This document shows, piece after piece, positions 1 to 9,631 of a stretch of 46,394 nt of DNA (position 1 is the stretch's first letter; each line of letters starts with the position of its first letter). This DNA comes from an uncultured Dehalococcoidales bacterium. GTDB lineage: Bacteria > Chloroflexota > Dehalococcoidia > GIF9 > UBA5629. The stretch spans positions 1 through 46,394 of the forward strand of contig CAZJID010000004.1 in NCBI GenBank assembly GCA_964545945.1, written 5' to 3'. The notes under the pieces are model-generated. The model made no database searches. It was not told where the DNA came from and was given only the letters and a program-made list of their open reading frames with translations. A program made the position numbers and the translations under genes.

Positions 1-309
1 CTCTTGGACAGCGTGACGGAAAGTCGGCTCATGCAACAGCGGAGAACAGGAAGCAACCACAACCCGGTTAAGCTTTAAATTCTTAATATCATCCTTAATC
101 ATGCTTTGCCCAGGATCGGAGCACATGAACTTGTATTCACGGGCAACTGCGACCGCCGGCAGCCCCTTTACAAACTCGACTATCTGCGGCACGTCCACAG
201 TGCCGGCAATATTGGAGCCGCAGTGACAGACATAAACGCCTATTCTGGGTTCCGCATCTTCGTGGACTACTTTTTGTGTTACCTTTTTTGCAGCCTTTTT
301 TTGCGCCAT
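1..309 (-). CDS. hdrA: Heterodisulfide reductase subunit A-like flavoprotein, N-terminal fragment (second hdrA copy, runs off the window)
   Basis: Reverse translation from the ATG at 307-309 gives [103 protein letters not shown]. This parallels the N-terminus of the hdrA at 2075-4036. It is absent from the ORF track because it is truncated. The start overlaps the stop of the upstream gene (TAATG). Confidence 0.8.
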   Translation of the reverse strand, partial: MAQKKAAKKVTQKVVHEDAEPRIGVYVCHCGSNIAGTVDVPQIVEFVKGLPAVAVAREYKFMCSDPGQSMIKDDIKNLKLNRVVVASCSPLLHEPTFRHAVQE

Positions 310-1457
310 TATAGTGCCTCCGAAACGAGTTCTGAAATATCTTTGACCTCTATTGAGTCGCCCTTACCCATTGATATCACGCCGTCATTGAAGTTAGCCA
401 TGCAATAAGGGCAGCTGACAGCCAGCGTACTGGCTCCGACATCAAATACCTGCTCAAGTCTGAGTTCGGAAAGCCTTTCTCCCTTTTTGGTCTCCATCCA
501 TAGTCTGCCGGCGCAACCACCGCAGCAGAGGGCGTATTCACGGTTGTCCCGCATCTCAGCGAACTCCAGGCCGGGGATGCTATTCAAGATTTGTCTGTGC
601 TCATCATATATGCCCTGGTAACGTCCCAGACAGCAGGAATCGTGATAGGTTACTTTCTGCTTTATTTCTTTGGTTGGTTTTAGCCTGCCATCTTTAATGA
701 GTTCGGCGATATATTGGGATAAGTGTATTACCTCATAATTGGCTCCGAGTTCGGGGTATTCGTCCTTGAATGTGTGGTAACAGTGTGGAGACGTTACCAG
801 TATTTTCTTCACTCCAAGTTCGGCAAAAATATCGATGTTTGTTTTGGCCAGACGCTGAAACAAACTTTCGGACCCGGCCTTGCGTATACTCTCGCCGCAA
901 CAGACCACATTGTTATCCGGTATGCCGAAATCTACTTTAGCGGTTTTCAGGATGTTAACGGTGGCGAGGGCAGCCTTTCTGGTAGGAGGATCGTACGCTT
1001 GGTAACAGCAGGGGAAGTACAGTATCTCAGTCCCTTTAGTAAAAGTTTTTACTCCAAGGTCTTTAGCCCAATCCATCCGTCTTTCCGGTGGTTCTCCCAG
1101 CGGATTTCCAACGGCGGAAATGTTCTTCTCGGTTATTCGCAGTGAGTGGGGTACTACACCAGCGCCGACTTCCATGATAACACGCCGGATGGACCGCATA
1201 ATTTGAGGTATCTCTATACCACGGGGACATCGATCGACGCAGGCGTTACATCCAACGCATTGCCAGACTTCCTCGTTCTCAAAGTCGACTATTCCGAGTT
1301 GACTTTTGTGAATAAGCTTGCGTACGGGGAAGTTTACTAGCTGGTTCCAGGGGCAGACTCCGGTGCATATGCCACATTGATAACATGATTCAAGAGGATT
1401 GCCGCCGTTGTCCAGTAGGATTTCTGTGGTTTCTTTAAGGGGTGTGAATACTTCCAT
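309..1457 (-). CDS. HdrD-like Fe-S oxidoreductase (two 4Fe-4S motifs plus two CCG domains)
   Basis: 382 aa. It has N-terminal CxxCxxCxxxCP motifs ([24 protein letters not shown]) and several CCG-type Cys motifs (FPCCYQ, VCCGES, DSCCLG, LCCGGC), as in fused HdrC+HdrB (HdrD/GlpC) proteins. A GGAGAAAGGAAG Shine-Dalgarno lies upstream of the ATG. Confidence 0.8.
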   Translation of the reverse strand: MEVFTPLKETTEILLDNGGNPLESCYQCGICTGVCPWNQLVNFPVRKLIHKSQLGIVDFENEEVWQCVGCNACVDRCPRGIEIPQIMRSIRRVIMEVGAGVVPHSLRITEKNISAVGNPLGEPPERRMDWAKDLGVKTFTKGTEILYFPCCYQAYDPPTRKAALATVNILKTAKVDFGIPDNNVVCCGESIRKAGSESLFQRLAKTNIDIFAELGVKKILVTSPHCYHTFKDEYPELGANYEVIHLSQYIAELIKDGRLKPTKEIKQKVTYHDSCCLGRYQGIYDEHRQILNSIPGLEFAEMRDNREYALCCGGCAGRLWMETKKGERLSELRLEQVFDVGASTLAVSCPYCMANFNDGVISMGKGDSIEVKDISELVSEAL

Positions 1458-1670
1458 ATGAATCTTCCTTTCTCCAGATTTTGGCCAAACCGCACAATGA
1501 TACTACAAAATGACGAGTCTATGCAAGAATATGTTCGAGTATTTTAAGCGGTAAAATGATAGGTTTTAGGTAATTCTACTCAAAGCTTTTTAGCGTAGGT
1601 GCCGGATACTTTAAAAATGTAGCTTCTGACTCGGAGTAGAGATTAAAAAGAAGTAATGTAAGAAAAAATA

Positions 1671-2078
1671 TCAGTTATTCTGATTAAAAGGTCCCAACTT
1701 TCGCATTTGTTCGGTCATCTCATCAACGATGGTAGCAAAGCGGTCACCTTCCGACGCAGAGACCCAATCCAACCTGAGGCGTTCCTCTTCTATACCGAAT
1801 TGTCCGAGCATTTTCTTGAGTAGGGGAATCCTCCGGGCTTCTTTTATATTACCTTCCAGGTAATGACATTCGCCGGGATGTCAGCCGCAGACGAGGACTC
1901 CATCCGCTCCCAATTGAAAAGCCTTGAGAATGAAGGTTGGCTCCACCCGGCCGCTGCACATGACACGAATTATACGTACGTTAGGCGCGTACTTTTTTCT
2001 GGAAGTACCTGCCAGGTCGGCTGCGGCATAAGAACACCAGTTACAGAGAAATCCTATTATTTTGGGTTCGTAACTCAT
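1671..2078 (-). CDS. mvhD: MvhD-type (methyl-viologen-reducing hydrogenase delta subunit-like) protein with an in-frame UGA, probably selenocysteine, at codon 66
   Basis: The track ORF 1881-2078 ([24 protein letters not shown]...GADGVLVCG) stops at the TGA at 1881-1883. The same frame continues as [69 protein letters not shown] to the TGA at 1671-1673. The joined motif VCG-U-HPGECHY matches the MvhD/VhuD GCHxGDCHY motif. The ATG overlaps the hdrA stop (ATGA). Confidence 0.85.
1828..1880 (-). promoter_or_regulatory. Candidate bacterial SECIS hairpin downstream of the mvhD UGA
   Basis: On the mRNA strand there is a perfect 6-bp stem, AUUACC/GGUAAU, with loop UGGAA (1848-1864). It starts 16 nt after the UGA. 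Possible outer pairing is AUCC..CGG with CCG..GGAU (1828-1838 with 1872-1880). Confidence 0.45.
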
Positions 2079-4036
2079 ACCATTACTCCTTCAAGTTGTG
2101 CCATAATCTGTTCAGTCGTGAACTGCCGGCTGGTAATCGCTCCACTTGGGCAGGCCGCGGCACATGTACCGCAACCTTTGCATAAAGCTTCGTTGATAAA
2201 AGACACCTTTTTTTCTTCATCGAACGATATTGCCGTATATGGGCAGAGAGAGATACATGTTTTACATCCGGAGCAGAGTTCCTCATCGATAACTGCCGTA
2301 GCTGCTTCAATCTCAACACTGCCCTTGCTTATCATAGCCATCACCCTGGCCGCTGCAGCTGAGGCCTGAGCAACGGTGTCGGGTATATCCTTGGGTCCCT
2401 GGCAACAGCCTGCGACAAAAACACCATCAGTTGTGGTGGCCACAGGGTCAAGTTTAGGATGTTTTTCCATAAAGAACCCATCCCGGCTTCGGCTGATAGA
2501 AAACAGCTTGGCAGTTTCACCGGCGTCAATTCTCGGCTCCAGTGCGTTGCTAAGGATAACCAAGTCAACGGGCAGGCGGCGTTGTCTGCCAATTAGTGTA
2601 TCTTCACAGACAACTACGAGCCTCCCCTTTTCGTCAGGTGTTTCAGCTACGTCTGTGACCTCGCCAGCACGGCCCCGGATGAAGTTTATGCCTTCCTCCT
2701 GAAGCCGGTTATAGAATTCTTCGTATCCTTTACCGAAGCAGCGCAGGTCGATGTAAAGGTCATAGATTTCAGCATCATGAATTTTTTCCCTCAGGAGGTG
2801 AGCAAACTTGAGTGAATACATGCAGCAAACACGGGAACAATATTCATGATAGTTTGTATCGCGGCTGCCAACACAATGCAATATTGCGATGCTGCGTGGC
2901 TCTGTGCCATCTTTCAAAGTTATTTTACCACCGGTAGGTCCGGAGGCACTGCTCATTCTCTCAAATTGGAATCCGGTGATTACATTATCAAATCTACCAT
3001 AGCCAAACTGAGACATTGGTGACGGGTCAAAGGAATCGAAGCCTGTGGCAACGATTATAGAGCCTACATCTAAATCGACCATTTTTTCCGATTGCTCGAA
3101 ATCTATCGCCTTAGCCTCACAGAACTTTTCGCAGGCTCGACATTTACCCTTAAGAAAATAGGTGCATCGCTCTTTGTCTATGACAGGAACGTTTGGTACT
3201 GCTTGTGGAAATGGTGTGTAGATTACCTTTCTTTTACCGATGCCAAAATCGAATTCGCTATCTGCTTTCGTTGGACATTTTTCCTGGCAAGTGCCGCAGC
3301 CCGTGCATTTGCTTTCGTCAATGTAGCGCGGTTTCTTTCTAACCCGGACATTGAAATTACCCACATATCCTGAAACATTGGTGACTTCGCTATAAGTCAT
3401 CATCTCTATGTTTTCGTGTGACCTCACCGAGGCCATCTTCGGTGTGAGTATTCAGGCGGAACAGTCTAAGGTAGGGAAGGTCTTGTCCAGTTGGGCCATG
3501 TGCCCCCCGATTGAAGGTTCCCTTTCAACCAGATAGACTTTATGGCCTGAGTCAGCAATCTCCAGCGCAGCCTGTATGCCGGCGATGCCCCCGCCAACGA
3601 CCAGCGTGTTGGGATTAAAAGGCACCTCTTTCGTTTCCAGTGGCACGTTATGCGCAACTCGCCTGACTGCTGCGCTCACCAGTGCCTTGGCTTTTTCAGT
3701 TGCTTTGGCGCTGTCCTCATGCACCCAGGCGCAGTGTTCCCTGATATTTGCCATTTCTAAAAGATAAGGATTTAGGCCGGCACCTATTAAAGCTCTTCGA
3801 AAAGTTTGTTCGTGTAGTCGGGGTGAACATGATGCTACCACCACTCGGTTGATTCCAAGTTCTTTTATATCATTCTTAATCAGTTCCTGGCCCGGGTCCG
3901 AACAAACAAACTTGTAATCACGTGATATGGTAACCGAAGGCAGTCCTTTAGCAAACTCGGTTACCTGTTCAACGTCAACCGTTGCCGCAATATTAGCACC
4001 ACAGTGGCAGATATAGACACCTATTTTCGGTTCCAT
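2075..4036 (-). CDS. hdrA: Heterodisulfide reductase subunit A (FAD/Fe-S flavoprotein) with an in-frame UGA, probably selenocysteine, at codon 195
   Basis: Track ORFs 3452-4102 and 2075-3436 share one frame and are separated only by the TGA at 3452-3454. Read-through gives [37 protein letters not shown], matching the HdrA DCSxCILxPKM motif. The likely start is [13 protein letters not shown] at 4036, preceded by AAGGAG. The C-terminus has 4Fe-4S motifs ([24 protein letters not shown]). The total of about 653 aa is typical for HdrA. Confidence 0.85.
3423..3448 (-). promoter_or_regulatory. Candidate bacterial SECIS hairpin downstream of the hdrA UGA
   Basis: The mRNA reads 5' CUCA-CACCGA-AGAUGGCC-UCGGUG-AG 3'. 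This forms a 6-bp stem plus a 2-bp extension across a 2-nt bulge, with an 8-nt loop containing GG. It begins 3 nt after the UGA. Confidence 0.45.
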
Positions 4037-4046
4037 TGGCTTCTCC

Positions 4047-4925
4047 TTATCGTTGTTTAACATATTTGGCCAGTATTTTATCGACTGGAACGATGTTCTC
4101 ACGTAGGCCTAGAGCTTTTGCATCAATACCAAAGGCTATTCCCATAAGCTGGGTGAAGAATAGAACAGGTATATTAAAGTTTGTCTTGAATTTCTTATTG
4201 ACTACACCCTGGTATGCATCGAGATTCAGATGACAAAACGGGCAAACGGTTGCAATGCAATCGGCGCCATTGCTTACAGCGTTGTCGAGCAGTTTATGTA
4301 TTAAACCTAAAGCCACATCTTGCTCAGACAGTATGAGTGAACCACCACAACAACGAGTTTTGAGTGGATATGGCACAACCTGCGCTCCCAAACTTTCAAT
4401 CAGGCGATCCATAGATTGCGGATATTCCGGGTCGTCGAAGTTTGGTTTAGGTCTGACCACCTGACAGCCATAATAGGGAGCTACTTTGAGGCTACTAAGG
4501 TCTACCTTGACTTGTGCCTTAATATTTTCGGTGCTGACATCGTTGGCAAAAATGTCTAGTATATGACGTACTCTGACTGTCCCATTGTATTCCAAACCAC
4601 CAGCTGCCAGAGATTCACTTAGCTTACTCCTTATCTCAGGGTATTCGATGAAGTGCTGATTGGTCCTGTTAAGTATGAGGTAGCAGTCACTACAGGCCGC
4701 CACCAAGTCGAGCCCTCGTTTCTCAGCCAGTGCCAAGTCTCGTGCGCAGCAACAAAAAGCAGACAGCTCATCAACAACTGTATAGGGTGTGGAACCGCAG
4801 CAATTCCAATCATCAAGCTCAATAAGATCTATATCGAGAAGCTTAGAAACTGCTCGGGCAGACATGTCGTAGGCCTGACTGTCTTCATACATACAACAGC
4901 CTGGAAAATAACTATAATATTTCAT
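4047..4925 (-). CDS. hdrB: Heterodisulfide reductase subunit B (two CCG domains)
   Basis: 292 aa with FPGCCMY, WNCCGS, RCCGGS and CPFCHLN motifs typical of HdrB. It lies 10 nt upstream of the hdrA start. Confidence 0.85.
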   Translation of the reverse strand: MKYYSYFPGCCMYEDSQAYDMSARAVSKLLDIDLIELDDWNCCGSTPYTVVDELSAFCCCARDLALAEKRGLDLVAACSDCYLILNRTNQHFIEYPEIRSKLSESLAAGGLEYNGTVRVRHILDIFANDVSTENIKAQVKVDLSSLKVAPYYGCQVVRPKPNFDDPEYPQSMDRLIESLGAQVVPYPLKTRCCGGSLILSEQDVALGLIHKLLDNAVSNGADCIATVCPFCHLNLDAYQGVVNKKFKTNFNIPVLFFTQLMGIAFGIDAKALGLRENIVPVDKILAKYVKQR

Positions 4926-4993
4926 TATTTGCCTCCCAATTAATTATCCCTATCTCTTTTGCTGTTCTGTATGCATTTTTCAGGTCTTTTACT

Positions 4994-5569
4994 TTAAGTA
5001 TGTTCCTCCAGCACCTCAGCTTTGTCGAGAATAGCTTTCAACTGGATTAGTGCCTCGGGCTTTAATTTCCTACGCATATTAATAGGCATACGCCCATGCC
5101 TGAATAGTGATAATGCTACAGGGATGTTTTTCAAGGCGCCGAAGGGATTCACCTGAAGATAAAACCGGCCCATACAACCGAACCGTGGAATATGCCCCAC
5201 ATCGTATACAGTTTTGCTGAACACCTTATAAAGTGTGGGAGTGCGTGTTTTTGGACTAGTCATGTGATGACGCATGGCCAAGTGTTCCAAAGCATGCATG
5301 ATGTAAGTTGGCACTATGCCTCTGGGGCAACGAACCGTACACATGTAACAGGATAGACACAGCCACATTGAGTTGCTCGAGAGAACCTCCTCTTTCATAC
5401 CCGCCCTTGCCATGGCGATTAGTTCTCTAGGCGTATAGTCCATTTTATTGGCATTAGGGCAAGATGCTGAGCAGGTGCCACACTGGATACAAAGGTTGAT
5501 TTTTTCACCACCTGGCATGGACGAAATCTCTTGAATGAAGTCGTTGCTACCCTGTGTCTTTACTTCCAT
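4994..5569 (-). CDS. hdrC: Heterodisulfide reductase subunit C (4Fe-4S dicluster)
   Basis: 191 aa with CIQCGTCSASCP and CLSCYMCTVRCP motifs. It is the first gene of the hdrCBA-mvhD operon. Confidence 0.85.
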   Translation of the reverse strand: MEVKTQGSNDFIQEISSMPGGEKINLCIQCGTCSASCPNANKMDYTPRELIAMARAGMKEEVLSSNSMWLCLSCYMCTVRCPRGIVPTYIMHALEHLAMRHHMTSPKTRTPTLYKVFSKTVYDVGHIPRFGCMGRFYLQVNPFGALKNIPVALSLFRHGRMPINMRRKLKPEALIQLKAILDKAEVLEEHT

Positions 5570-5628
5570 GATGCACCTACTTTCGGGCTAATTATACTTC
5601 TTTCATAATCGTAAACAAAACTGGCAAA

Positions 5629-5663
5629 AGGTCTATTTTTAAATGTTTTTTAGACTTAGACCT
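5629..5663. repeat. Inverted repeat AGGTCTA-N21-TAGACCT in the hdr / two-component divergent intergenic region
   Basis: AGGTCTA is at 5629-5635 and TAGACCT at 5657-5663. Related TAGACTT copies lie at 5651-5657 and 5780-5786. This is a possible operator; function is unknown. Confidence 0.25.
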
Positions 5664-5897
5664 ATTTACAACAATTTGGGCGTAGTTATAAATATTAAGA
5701 CTAAGATTAAGCATATCCGCATTTGACGGCAGATTGCTGCCCTCTTTACCCCCATCGTGAGTATAGTATAAGTTTTAAATAGACTTCGACCGTTATAATG
5801 CGTACTTTTACCAGTAGATAAGGCTCGTTAAATAAATAAATATGCGCAATTATGCCTGCTACAAATCAAATATTTCTACCGATTTTTAGCGCAAGTC

Positions 5898-5906
5898 TGT
5901 TATAAT
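5898..5906 (+). promoter_or_regulatory. Candidate extended -10 promoter element (TGTTATAAT) for the response regulator gene
   Basis: TGnTATAAT lies 22 nt upstream of the GTG start at 5928. No good -35 hexamer was found. Confidence 0.25.
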
Positions 5907-5927
5907 GTCCACCAGAAAAGGGATCAA

Positions 5928-6593
5928 GTGAAAAACATAAGGATACTAATTGCCGATGACCATGCATTCGTGCGTGAAGGAACTCGCCGAATCCTGGAAC
6001 AGGAACCTGATTTGGAAGTAGTGGCGGAAGCTGGAGACGGGGAAGAAGCGATAAGTTTATCCTGTGACTTGAAGCCTGACGTAGCACTTCTTGACGTCGC
6101 TATGCCAAGGCTTGACGGCATTGAGGCAACCAGGCGGATAAAAGCCCTCTGCCCGGCTGTTGCCATACTGGTGCTAAGTGCTTACGACGATGACCAGTTT
6201 GTCTTTGGCTTGCTCGAAGCTGGTGCCGCAGGTTACCTGCTGAAAAATGTACGCGGTCAGGAAATAGTCGATGCTATAAGAGCGGTGCATGCTGGCGAAT
6301 CTGTGCTCCATCCTTCTGTTGCCCGCAAGGTTTTAAATCGGTTTGCAGGTGCTTCGGGCAAGCAGCGCGAAAAGAAGGCGATGGACCTGCTTACAGAGCG
6401 AGAGATGGAAGTATTGAGGATGGTAACCAAAGGTTCAAGCAATAAAGAGATAGCGGATGGGCTTTGCTTGAGTGTACGCACTATTCAGGGACACCTGGCA
6501 AATATCTTCAATAAACTTAGGGTTAGTTCTCGGACCGAAGCCGTAGTATATGCCTTAAAGGAAGGCTGGGTCACTCTCGAAGATGTGTCCTGA
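5928..6593 (+). CDS. NarL/FixJ-family response regulator (REC plus LuxR-type HTH)
   Basis: 221 aa. The receiver domain reads IRILIADDHAFVREG...DVALLDVAMPRLDG. The C-terminal LuxR HTH reads LTEREMEVLRMVTKGSSNKEIADGLCLSVRTIQGHLANIFNKL. GTG start. Confidence 0.9.
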   Translation: MKNIRILIADDHAFVREGTRRILEQEPDLEVVAEAGDGEEAISLSCDLKPDVALLDVAMPRLDGIEATRRIKALCPAVAILVLSAYDDDQFVFGLLEAGAAGYLLKNVRGQEIVDAIRAVHAGESVLHPSVARKVLNRFAGASGKQREKKAMDLLTEREMEVLRMVTKGSSNKEIADGLCLSVRTIQGHLANIFNKLRVSSRTEAVVYALKEGWVTLEDVS

Positions 6594-6628
6594 GGATAGA
6601 TCTCTTGGGATAACCGGGATATATTATT

Positions 6629-8560
6629 TTGCAGCGATTGTCCTCTAGAGGATGGTATACAGTTGCTCTTAGGCCAAGCTTTTGGCTTATTTTGGTGCTG
6701 CTTGTCCTCATCACAATCCCCCATTATAGGGAAGTTATTCAGTACCCGTCTTTTCTTACCAACCTGCTAGTTAATATCGGCCTGGATAGGCATGCTTTTG
6801 AGAGAATTCTCTATTTGATACCTGTTATCTGGGCCGGCTTTGTGTTTGGCTGGAAAGGAGCTTTGGCTAGCTCGATTATTGCGTTGGGATGCATGTTGCC
6901 AAGGGCTATCTTTATTTCTCCCGAGCCCAAGGATGCCATTTCTGAAACCGCCGCAGTTTTTATTTTAGGAGATATGATTGCATTTGGTTTCGGAGCACTG
7001 GGGAGGCAGCGCGAGCAGCGGGTTTATCTTTCTGCTCTCAATTACATATCAGGCGTGGTCTCTCAGTCCCTGGAGCTAAAGCAAATTTTAAATAGCAGTA
7101 TAGATAGCGTTATAGATGTGATGGACGTTGATATTGTATTGATATTCCTTTTGGACAGTCAGGCTAGTGAACTTATCCTGGGCGCTAGCAGGGGTGTTTC
7201 AACCTTATTTGCCTCTGGCCTAGATAGAATGAAACTTGGAGAAGGCTTGAACAGCGTGGTAGCTCAAACGGGAGAGCCAATGTTTATAAAGAACAGTTCG
7301 AAAGACCCCAGGCTGACAAAAACAGAAGTCAAAGAAGAAGGTATACAGTCTCAAATTATCGTGCCCTTGAAATCCAAAGGGAAGGTTATGGGTACTATTT
7401 GCGTAGCAGTGCGGCGACAACGCCGGTTTAATAAGGATGAAGTGAGCTTACTTGCGGCTATTGGCAATCAGATCGGCGTTGCTATTGAAAATGCACGCCT
7501 CTATGAAGAAGAGCATGAAGTGGCGGAACAATTGCGCGCATCTGAAGAGAGATATCGGACTTTATTTCAGAATGCTCATGATGCCATATGGGTCCATGAT
7601 ATGGATGGAAATATTGTCTCCGCTAATGCTGCGGTTGCCAGACTCACAGGATACGAAGTAAAAGAATTGTGCCAAATGAATGTTAAGTCTTTCCTTTCTG
7701 ATGAAAGTCTTAATCTAGCTAAAGATATTAGAACAAAGCTGCTTAGTGGTGAGCCTGTTATTGAACCGTATGAGCAAAAGCTAATTAACAAGGAAGGGAA
7801 TGAAGCCATTTTAAAGCTTACGACCAATTTAGTTGAGGTTGAAGGGAAACCTGTCGGCTTCCAAAATATCGCTAGAGATGTCAGCCGGGAGAAGGTTATG
7901 CAAGAAAGCTTACGCTTTCATCTTGGCCAGATTACAATGGCCCAGGAAGAAGAGAGAAAACGCATCGCCCGGGAGCTTCACGATGAGACCATTCAGTCTT
8001 TGGTTGTTCTGGCTCGTCAACTGGATGATGTAATCTCGATCAGCGGCGACTTATCTTTTGATAAAAGGCGTCTACTTGAGAATCTGCATAAGCAGTTGAA
8101 CGATATAATGGCAGATGTGAGGCGTATGATTCAGGACCTGCGACCTCCCACCCTAGACCGTTTAGGCTTAATGCCAGCTTTAGAATCGCTGGCCTCGAAT
8201 ATAGGCAAGCGTTCTGGAATGAACATCGAGGTCACAGTACGCGGTGTAAGCCGGCGTTTTTCCCCTGAGATTGAGCTGGTGCTTTTTCGTGTCGCCCAGG
8301 AAGCTTTAAGCAATGCCTTGAAGCATTCGCAAGCAACAGAGGCTCAGGTTACAGTAGAATTCGCTGATAGGATTATAAGAGTTACGGTCAGAGATAACGG
8401 CTGCGGTTTTTCTCTTCCTGAAACGACTGGTGATTTAGTTAAACAGGGAAGGCTGGGCCTAGCAGGAATGCAAGAGCGCATCCAACTGGTAGGTGGCAGC
8501 TTCAAAATGGAGTCTGAACCCGGCGCTGGTACCATAGTAATCATCGAGGCGCCGCTGTAA
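6629..8560 (+). CDS. Membrane sensor histidine kinase (TM region, GAF, PAS, HisKA_3, HATPase_c)
   Basis: 643 aa with hydrophobic N-terminal segments, a GAF-like region and a PAS region (SEERYRTLFQNAHDAIWVHDMDG). The HisKA_3 H-box is RIARELHDETIQSL, and the ATPase G-box is GLAGMQERIQLVGG. The TTG start is uncertain. Confidence 0.85.
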   Translation: MQRLSSRGWYTVALRPSFWLILVLLVLITIPHYREVIQYPSFLTNLLVNIGLDRHAFERILYLIPVIWAGFVFGWKGALASSIIALGCMLPRAIFISPEPKDAISETAAVFILGDMIAFGFGALGRQREQRVYLSALNYISGVVSQSLELKQILNSSIDSVIDVMDVDIVLIFLLDSQASELILGASRGVSTLFASGLDRMKLGEGLNSVVAQTGEPMFIKNSSKDPRLTKTEVKEEGIQSQIIVPLKSKGKVMGTICVAVRRQRRFNKDEVSLLAAIGNQIGVAIENARLYEEEHEVAEQLRASEERYRTLFQNAHDAIWVHDMDGNIVSANAAVARLTGYEVKELCQMNVKSFLSDESLNLAKDIRTKLLSGEPVIEPYEQKLINKEGNEAILKLTTNLVEVEGKPVGFQNIARDVSREKVMQESLRFHLGQITMAQEEERKRIARELHDETIQSLVVLARQLDDVISISGDLSFDKRRLLENLHKQLNDIMADVRRMIQDLRPPTLDRLGLMPALESLASNIGKRSGMNIEVTVRGVSRRFSPEIELVLFRVAQEALSNALKHSQATEAQVTVEFADRIIRVTVRDNGCGFSLPETTGDLVKQGRLGLAGMQERIQLVGGSFKMESEPGAGTIVIIEAPL

Positions 8561-8602
8561 TACTGGTCGCTATAGCAATTTAGACACAAGCATTAGCAAG
8601 AG

Positions 8603-9484
8603 CTATTTGGGTTTCGATGGGCGGATAAGCAGAACCGGTTGAATAGACTGCTCTACAATTCTATTGGCTATACCTCCGTACACCCAGCGACTAACTGAAG
8701 AGCGCCCGTGTGTGGCCATCGTTATTAAGTCAATCTTGTCTTTATCTGCGGCTTTCAGGATGGTTTCAGCTACTCTGCCAAGTTCGCCGGGAAGAACTTG
8801 TGACCTCACCTTCATACCCTGTTTTTTAAGCACCGCTTCTATCTTTTGCAAGTATTCAGCCGCTTGCTTTTTAGCTTCGAGCCACACTTCATCCCGGTGT
8901 TTCTCCCAGGTTGGATTGATAGGATGGTCTCCGTAAGAAGGCACCAAAGGTGGCTCGCACACCACAGTTAAAAAAATCTCAGCGCGACTATCTTCTGTCA
9001 GTTGCCGGATGAATGGTATGGGGCTTTCCGAGAACGGTGAGCCGTCAAGGGGCAGCATGAGTTTTTTCAGTTCTACCTTAGAGACTTTAAGTGCCTTTGA
9101 TTTTATCAACAGCACTTGAACGCTGGTGCCGTAGAGGACCTTTCGAGCCACGCTTCCCAGTACCCACCGCTTTATTCCTGAATATCCGTGAGTGGAAATG
9201 ATGATGAGGTCAATATTGTTCTTGTCAGCAAAACCAACTATTTCATCTGGTACGGTTCCGTACGCTACTGCTGAGGAAACTTTTATGCCCCGGGCCTGTA
9301 ATTCTTTTGCTTTCAACTCCAGATATGCTTTCATCGGCCGGTCCAATTGCTCGACTGAAGCAATACTGACGGTGAAAAGCGTTATCTCACTACCCATGGT
9401 TTTTGCTATGGTCTGAGCATAAGGCACGGCTCGCTCAGCAAGTTCGGAACCGTCCAGCGGGACGAGCAACTTTTTGTATGGCAT
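8603..9484 (-). CDS. Tandem universal stress protein (two UspA domains)
   Basis: 293 aa. Both halves begin with the KKLLVPLDGSE / KKLMLPLDGSP pattern and end with the THGxSGxxRWxxGSVA / THGRSSVSRWVYGGIA motifs. Confidence 0.85.
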   Translation of the reverse strand: MPYKKLLVPLDGSELAERAVPYAQTIAKTMGSEITLFTVSIASVEQLDRPMKAYLELKAKELQARGIKVSSAVAYGTVPDEIVGFADKNNIDLIIISTHGYSGIKRWVLGSVARKVLYGTSVQVLLIKSKALKVSKVELKKLMLPLDGSPFSESPIPFIRQLTEDSRAEIFLTVVCEPPLVPSYGDHPINPTWEKHRDEVWLEAKKQAAEYLQKIEAVLKKQGMKVRSQVLPGELGRVAETILKAADKDKIDLITMATHGRSSVSRWVYGGIANRIVEQSIQPVLLIRPSKPK

Positions 9485-9631
9485 TGTTCCTCCTTAGTCT
9501 TTCTTGTTTTCAGATTATAGCCTGAGACATATATTAAGGCAACGTTTCACTATTTTGTTTGGCTGAATTGGACTGTGTTAAAATTCAATCAGGGCTAGTC
9601 ATGACTATCCATATGGGGGTCACTAGCCCTA

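Noticed and set aside
1863-2369. 168-aa plus-strand ORF spanning the mvhD/hdrA junction. Other long antisense ORFs include 106-408, 723-1145, 17954-18382, 12625-12978 and 23597-24046.
   Set aside because: They lie entirely antisense to strongly supported genes. They have low-complexity, Ser/Ala/Leu-rich composition with no recognisable motifs, and they lack Shine-Dalgarno sequences. They are typical shadow ORFs.
2075-4102. hdrA read as a pseudogene or as two separate genes (216 aa plus 453 aa).
   Set aside because: Both pieces share one frame. The only interruption is a single TGA at a conserved Cys column, followed by a hairpin. The neighbouring mvhD shows the same pattern. Selenocysteine read-through is the simpler explanation.
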